64,000 bases of DNA from Minisyncoccia bacterium (GTDB lineage Bacteria > Patescibacteriota > Minisyncoccia > UBA6257 > 2-01-FULL-56-20): the NCBI GenBank assembly GCA_050008535.1, contig JBEKML010000002.1:24732-88731 (forward strand), given 5' to 3'. Position 1 is the first letter of the stretch, and each line of letters opens with the position of its first letter. Made by a program: the position numbers and the translations under genes. The notes beneath the pieces were generated by a model that had not been told where the DNA came from, made no database searches, and saw only the letters and a program-made list of their open reading frames with translations. Of the stretch, positions 60,810 through 64,000 are shown one piece after another.

Positions 60810-61319
60810 ATGCCCGCCCAAAAAATCTCTCTTGAACACGCAAAACAAGACAAATTGTTCTATTTTGTTGCGAATGTTTTGGTCTATCGTCCAAGCGACG
60901 GCCGGTGCCTTATTCTGAAGCGGGATGAGCGGGAAAAAGTGCATCCGGGGAAATGGGCGACGCCTGGCGGGAAGCTGGAATGGAACGACATGGACCTTGC
61001 GCGTCCCACGCGCATGAACGGCGACGTGGTCGATTTCGAGAACGCGGTGGAAAATTTGATCGCCCGCGAAACAAAGGAAGAAGCGGGGATTGAGATCCTG
61101 TCGGAACTGAAATACATCAACAGCAATGCCTTTGTGCGGCCGGACGGGATCCCGGTGGTGCTCGTGAAATTCGCGGCGGAATATAAAAGCGGCGAGGTGA
61201 AACCGGAAGAGGGGTCCTTTACGGAATATGCCTGGGTGAATGCGGAGGAAGTGAAAAAATATGATTGCATAGAAGGCATACCGGAGGAGGTTCGCCGCGC
61301 CATAGCATTATTTTCATGA
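60810..61319 (+). CDS. NUDIX hydrolase
   Basis: PGGKLE...RETKEEAGI, with an insertion in the Nudix box. Confidence 0.88.
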   Translation: MPAQKISLEHAKQDKLFYFVANVLVYRPSDGRCLILKRDEREKVHPGKWATPGGKLEWNDMDLARPTRMNGDVVDFENAVENLIARETKEEAGIEILSELKYINSNAFVRPDGIPVVLVKFAAEYKSGEVKPEEGSFTEYAWVNAEEVKKYDCIEGIPEEVRRAIALFS

Positions 61320-61567
61320 AAACATTCATGGAAAAGGTGTACACGGTCGTGGCGAAGATCCCGCGCGGGAAGACGATGACGTACCGCGAGGTCGCGCGGC
61401 GGGCGGGGAATCCGCGCGCCTATCGCGCGGCAGGGAATATTCTCAATAAAAACCGGAGTCCGTTAGTGCCGTGCCATCGCGTGGTGCGCTCGGACGGCGA
61501 TCCGGGCGGCTTTGCGCGGGGACGCAAAAAGAAGATAATGATATTGAAGCGCGAAGGCGCGATCTAA
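61316..61567 (+). CDS. MGMT-family alkyltransferase (C-terminal domain only)
   Basis: IPRGKTMTY, RAAG, PCHRVV. Confidence 0.92.
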   Translation: MKTFMEKVYTVVAKIPRGKTMTYREVARRAGNPRAYRAAGNILNKNRSPLVPCHRVVRSDGDPGGFARGRKKKIMILKREGAI

Positions 61568-61569
61568 AA

Positions 61570-62028
61570 ATGAACGCACTCAAGCTTTTGAAGATCATCG
61601 TTATAGCATTCGCGATTATCATCGTGGTTCTTTTGGGGGTGTTGATTTTCGTGAAGCCCGTGCAGGGGCCCGGGCCCGACGAATTCCCCGTTGCTGTTTC
61701 TCACGACGGTCGCCTGGTGGTTATGCAACCGCGGCCGGGCACCTTTATCGCTTCGCCCGTCGCCTTGCATGGTTCCGTGACCGGCGGCGGATGGTTTTTT
61801 GAAGCCGTATTCCCCGTGAAAGTTTTGGATGGCGATGGGACGGTGCTCGGGCAGGGCCAGGCGCAGGCAGAGAGCGACTGGATGACGACCGGCACGGTGC
61901 CTTTTTCCGCGAGCATATCGTTCAGTGCGCCGCGCTATGCGACCGGCACCGTCGTGTTCACGCAAGATACCCCTCGCGCTTTGACGCAGAACGGCGAGAA
62001 ACTCAGCGTGCCCGTGAGGTTTAGATAA
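61570..62028 (+). CDS. Gmad2 immunoglobulin-like domain protein
   Basis: N-terminal TM helix; WFFEAVFPV, DWMT..VPF. Confidence 0.8.
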   Translation: MNALKLLKIIVIAFAIIIVVLLGVLIFVKPVQGPGPDEFPVAVSHDGRLVVMQPRPGTFIASPVALHGSVTGGGWFFEAVFPVKVLDGDGTVLGQGQAQAESDWMTTGTVPFSASISFSAPRYATGTVVFTQDTPRALTQNGEKLSVPVRFR

Positions 62029-62073
62029 AGCCGTGCCACCCGGGAGGGGGTGGCACATAAATGGAGCGAAACT

Positions 62074-62637
62074 TCAGACAAGCACGATTTCCGAAGCGCG
62101 TTGCACGACTTCGGGAATGGAGTTGTAGATGGTGAAAGAGGGCACGCCGAGTGCGCGCTTGAAATTCTCCTGGATCTGGTTCAGTCCGGGGAAGTCCGGC
62201 TCTGCGCCGATGACGAGGCGGATCGCTTTGTCGTGCATCATTCGTCCGCGCCATTCACCGAGCTCGCCACGGGTATCCCTTGCATATGATTGTCCGTCCG
62301 TGCGGGGACACGTCTTGCTTTCACAAGGGAGCCAGAAAATGATACAGCTCCGTAGACATGGAGACTGTGCGGCGACAGCGAGATAGTGCCGTTCCCACAG
62401 CAGCTGCCGCGAGAAGAACTCGCCCCCAGACAACTGACGCGCGACGAGAGGGTGATTGTTTTCGTACCGGCAGGGGATCGCGGCGACGAAATTGTCTTCA
62501 CCGAGGCGCTCCGCGAGCGCTTGATACATGGTATGCTGCCAATCTCCTCCGCCGAGAACCGGGCCAGCGAGGAAGAAGAAAGGTTGCGATACGACCTCAT
62601 CGGATCTAATGAGTGTTTTGGGCAAGATTACACTCAT
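62074..62637 (-). CDS. Nucleoside 2-deoxyribosyltransferase-like protein
   Basis: FFLAGP...DWQ, WE, IIFW, ELGE; GGGAGGT SD. Confidence 0.7.
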   Translation of the reverse strand: MSVILPKTLIRSDEVVSQPFFFLAGPVLGGGDWQHTMYQALAERLGEDNFVAAIPCRYENNHPLVARQLSGGEFFSRQLLWERHYLAVAAQSPCLRSCIIFWLPCESKTCPRTDGQSYARDTRGELGEWRGRMMHDKAIRLVIGAEPDFPGLNQIQENFKRALGVPSFTIYNSIPEVVQRASEIVLV

Positions 62638-62748
62638 GCCTACCTCCCTTTTTGATAGTTGCTGCGGGTAATATACCTATAAGAATGGGAAATGTCCAAT
62701 TGTAGAAGTGTATACTATATAAAAGGCCGAGAGCCGATATTTACCTCC

Positions 62749-62901
62749 ATGAAACATTATATTTGTACCGGGGAATGTGCGGGGGCTTCGGAAAAACCGG
62801 GCGTATGCCAATCGCAGATGTGCTCCAAGCACGGCCAGCCGCTTAGCGAGTGCGAGTGCCCCGACGGGAAGCACGGGAAGAAGGACGAGAAGAAAAAATA
62901 G
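62749..62901 (+). CDS. Small Cys/His-rich putative metal-binding protein
   Basis: MKHYICTGECAGASEKPGVCQSQMCSKHGQPLSECECPDGKH, 50 aa with 6 Cys. Confidence 0.7.
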   Translation: MKHYICTGECAGASEKPGVCQSQMCSKHGQPLSECECPDGKHGKKDEKKK

Positions 62902-63451
62902 GCAGTCGGAGCGCGAAGTTATATTTTTTGTTTGCCCATAGAGGTCCGGCGTAGTCCACGCCGATGCGCTTCCGGGCGATGATCGCTGAAGGGGGGATTT
63001 TTACGCCTCGGTCCTCAAACCAGAGGCCGTTCTTTTTTAAAGTGTACATGCCATTTTGTGCGCTGCCGATGCGCAAAAATTTCGTGAGGCGCGCGGGGCC
63101 TTGGACGTATTCCGCCTTGCCCGTACGTGGGTCTTTATAGATGCCTGCGCGGAGAAGCACCGCGGCGGGGTAGCCATGCGGCCCCGTCACGATGTTTGCG
63201 AGCCAGTGCATACCGTAGGTGAAATAAACATAGAATTTGCCCGCCCTGCCGAACATCGGCCGGTTCCGCAGCGTGAGCCCGCGGCTCGCGTGGGAGGCCT
63301 TATCGCACGGCCCGTCATAGGCCTCTACTTCGGTGATCATGAGTGCAAGCGTCCGCCCGCGCCACCGCCGCACGAGATATTTCCCAAGAAGCCCGCGCGC
63401 GACCACAACGGTCGGCCGATCAAAGAATGTCATGGCGAATGCCTTTTTCAT
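62843..63451 (-). CDS. mpg: 3-methyladenine DNA glycosylase (AAG/MPG family)
   Basis: EVEAY, YVYFTYGMH, AVLLRA, GPARL, RIGV. Confidence 0.93.
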   Translation of the reverse strand: MKKAFAMTFFDRPTVVVARGLLGKYLVRRWRGRTLALMITEVEAYDGPCDKASHASRGLTLRNRPMFGRAGKFYVYFTYGMHWLANIVTGPHGYPAAVLLRAGIYKDPRTGKAEYVQGPARLTKFLRIGSAQNGMYTLKKNGLWFEDRGVKIPPSAIIARKRIGVDYAGPLWANKKYNFALRLPIFSSRPSSRASRRGTRTR

Positions 63452-63487
63452 GTAGTATCTTATACATGGTATTATGGGAGAAACAAA

Positions 63488-64000
63488 ATGAATAATCCAT
63501 TCCAAAACGCGCAGATACAGCTTTCCCGGGCGGCGGCTATAAAGTCTTTCCCCGAGGACTTTCTTGTTCGCTTAAGGTCGCCGGAGCGCGAGATAAAGGT
63601 CTTTATCCCGCTCAAGATGGACGACGGCAGCACAAAAATTTTCGAGGGGTACCGCGTTCAGTACTCAAATGCGCGCGGACCCTACAAGGGCGGCATCCGC
63701 TATCATCCCGCTACGGACGTTGACGAAGTTCGCGCGTTGGCATTTTGGATGACAATAAAGTGCGCGGTCGCGGGAATACCGATGGGCGGCGCAAAAGGAG
63801 GAATAACCGTGGACCCGAAGAAACTTTCAAAGAGCGAGCTCGAACAACTTTCCCGCGGGTGGGTTCGCATGCTCTATCCCGTTTTGGGCCCCCAGGTTGA
63901 TGTTCCTGCGCCGGACGTCAATACGACGCCCGAAATAATGGTGTGGATGGCCGACGAATACGAGCGCCTCACCGGAGATAAAAGTTGGGCGACCTTTACC
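63488..64000 (+). CDS. Glu/Leu/Phe/Val dehydrogenase, probably glutamate dehydrogenase (partial)
   Basis: Manual translation MNNPFQNA...GYRVQYSNARGPYKGGIRYHP...MTIKCA...GGAKGG...DVPAPD. Confidence 0.93.
   Translation, partial: MNNPFQNAQIQLSRAAAIKSFPEDFLVRLRSPEREIKVFIPLKMDDGSTKIFEGYRVQYSNARGPYKGGIRYHPATDVDEVRALAFWMTIKCAVAGIPMGGAKGGITVDPKKLSKSELEQLSRGWVRMLYPVLGPQVDVPAPDVNTTPEIMVWMADEYERLTGDKSWATFT

Overview
A core-genome segment from a small-genome Patescibacteria (CPR) bacterium, most likely Parcubacteria/Paceibacteria, using genetic code 11. The lineage call is inferred from the missing L30 between rpsE and rplO, the short ValS and ATP synthase epsilon, tRNAs mostly lacking encoded CCA, and SD-less core genes. 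The window holds valS, tsaD, recG, an interrupted str operon, the S10/spc cluster through secY-adk-map, greA, lysS, dnaE, rpmG, prfB with its +1 frameshift, ftsEX, a complete F1Fo ATP synthase operon, 8 tRNAs, repair/house-cleaning genes and several orphan or surface proteins. I saw no CRISPR array, integrase, transposase or reverse transcriptase. The most notable observations are: (1) a conserved-loop long hairpin directly 3' of two tRNAs; (2) an AT-rich methyltransferase bracketed by two 165-178 bp branched palindromes; (3) three translation-initiation modes, with leaderless or coupled core genes, an AAAGGYCG leader motif, and orphan genes with strong SD sites, some of which look Acidobacteria-like; (4) an Ig-repeat surface gene with two +1 frame breaks and DNA-identical module ends; (5) three adjacent CYTH paralogues; (6) a structured leader before rplC. 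All family calls come from motif recognition by eye; no database search was run.
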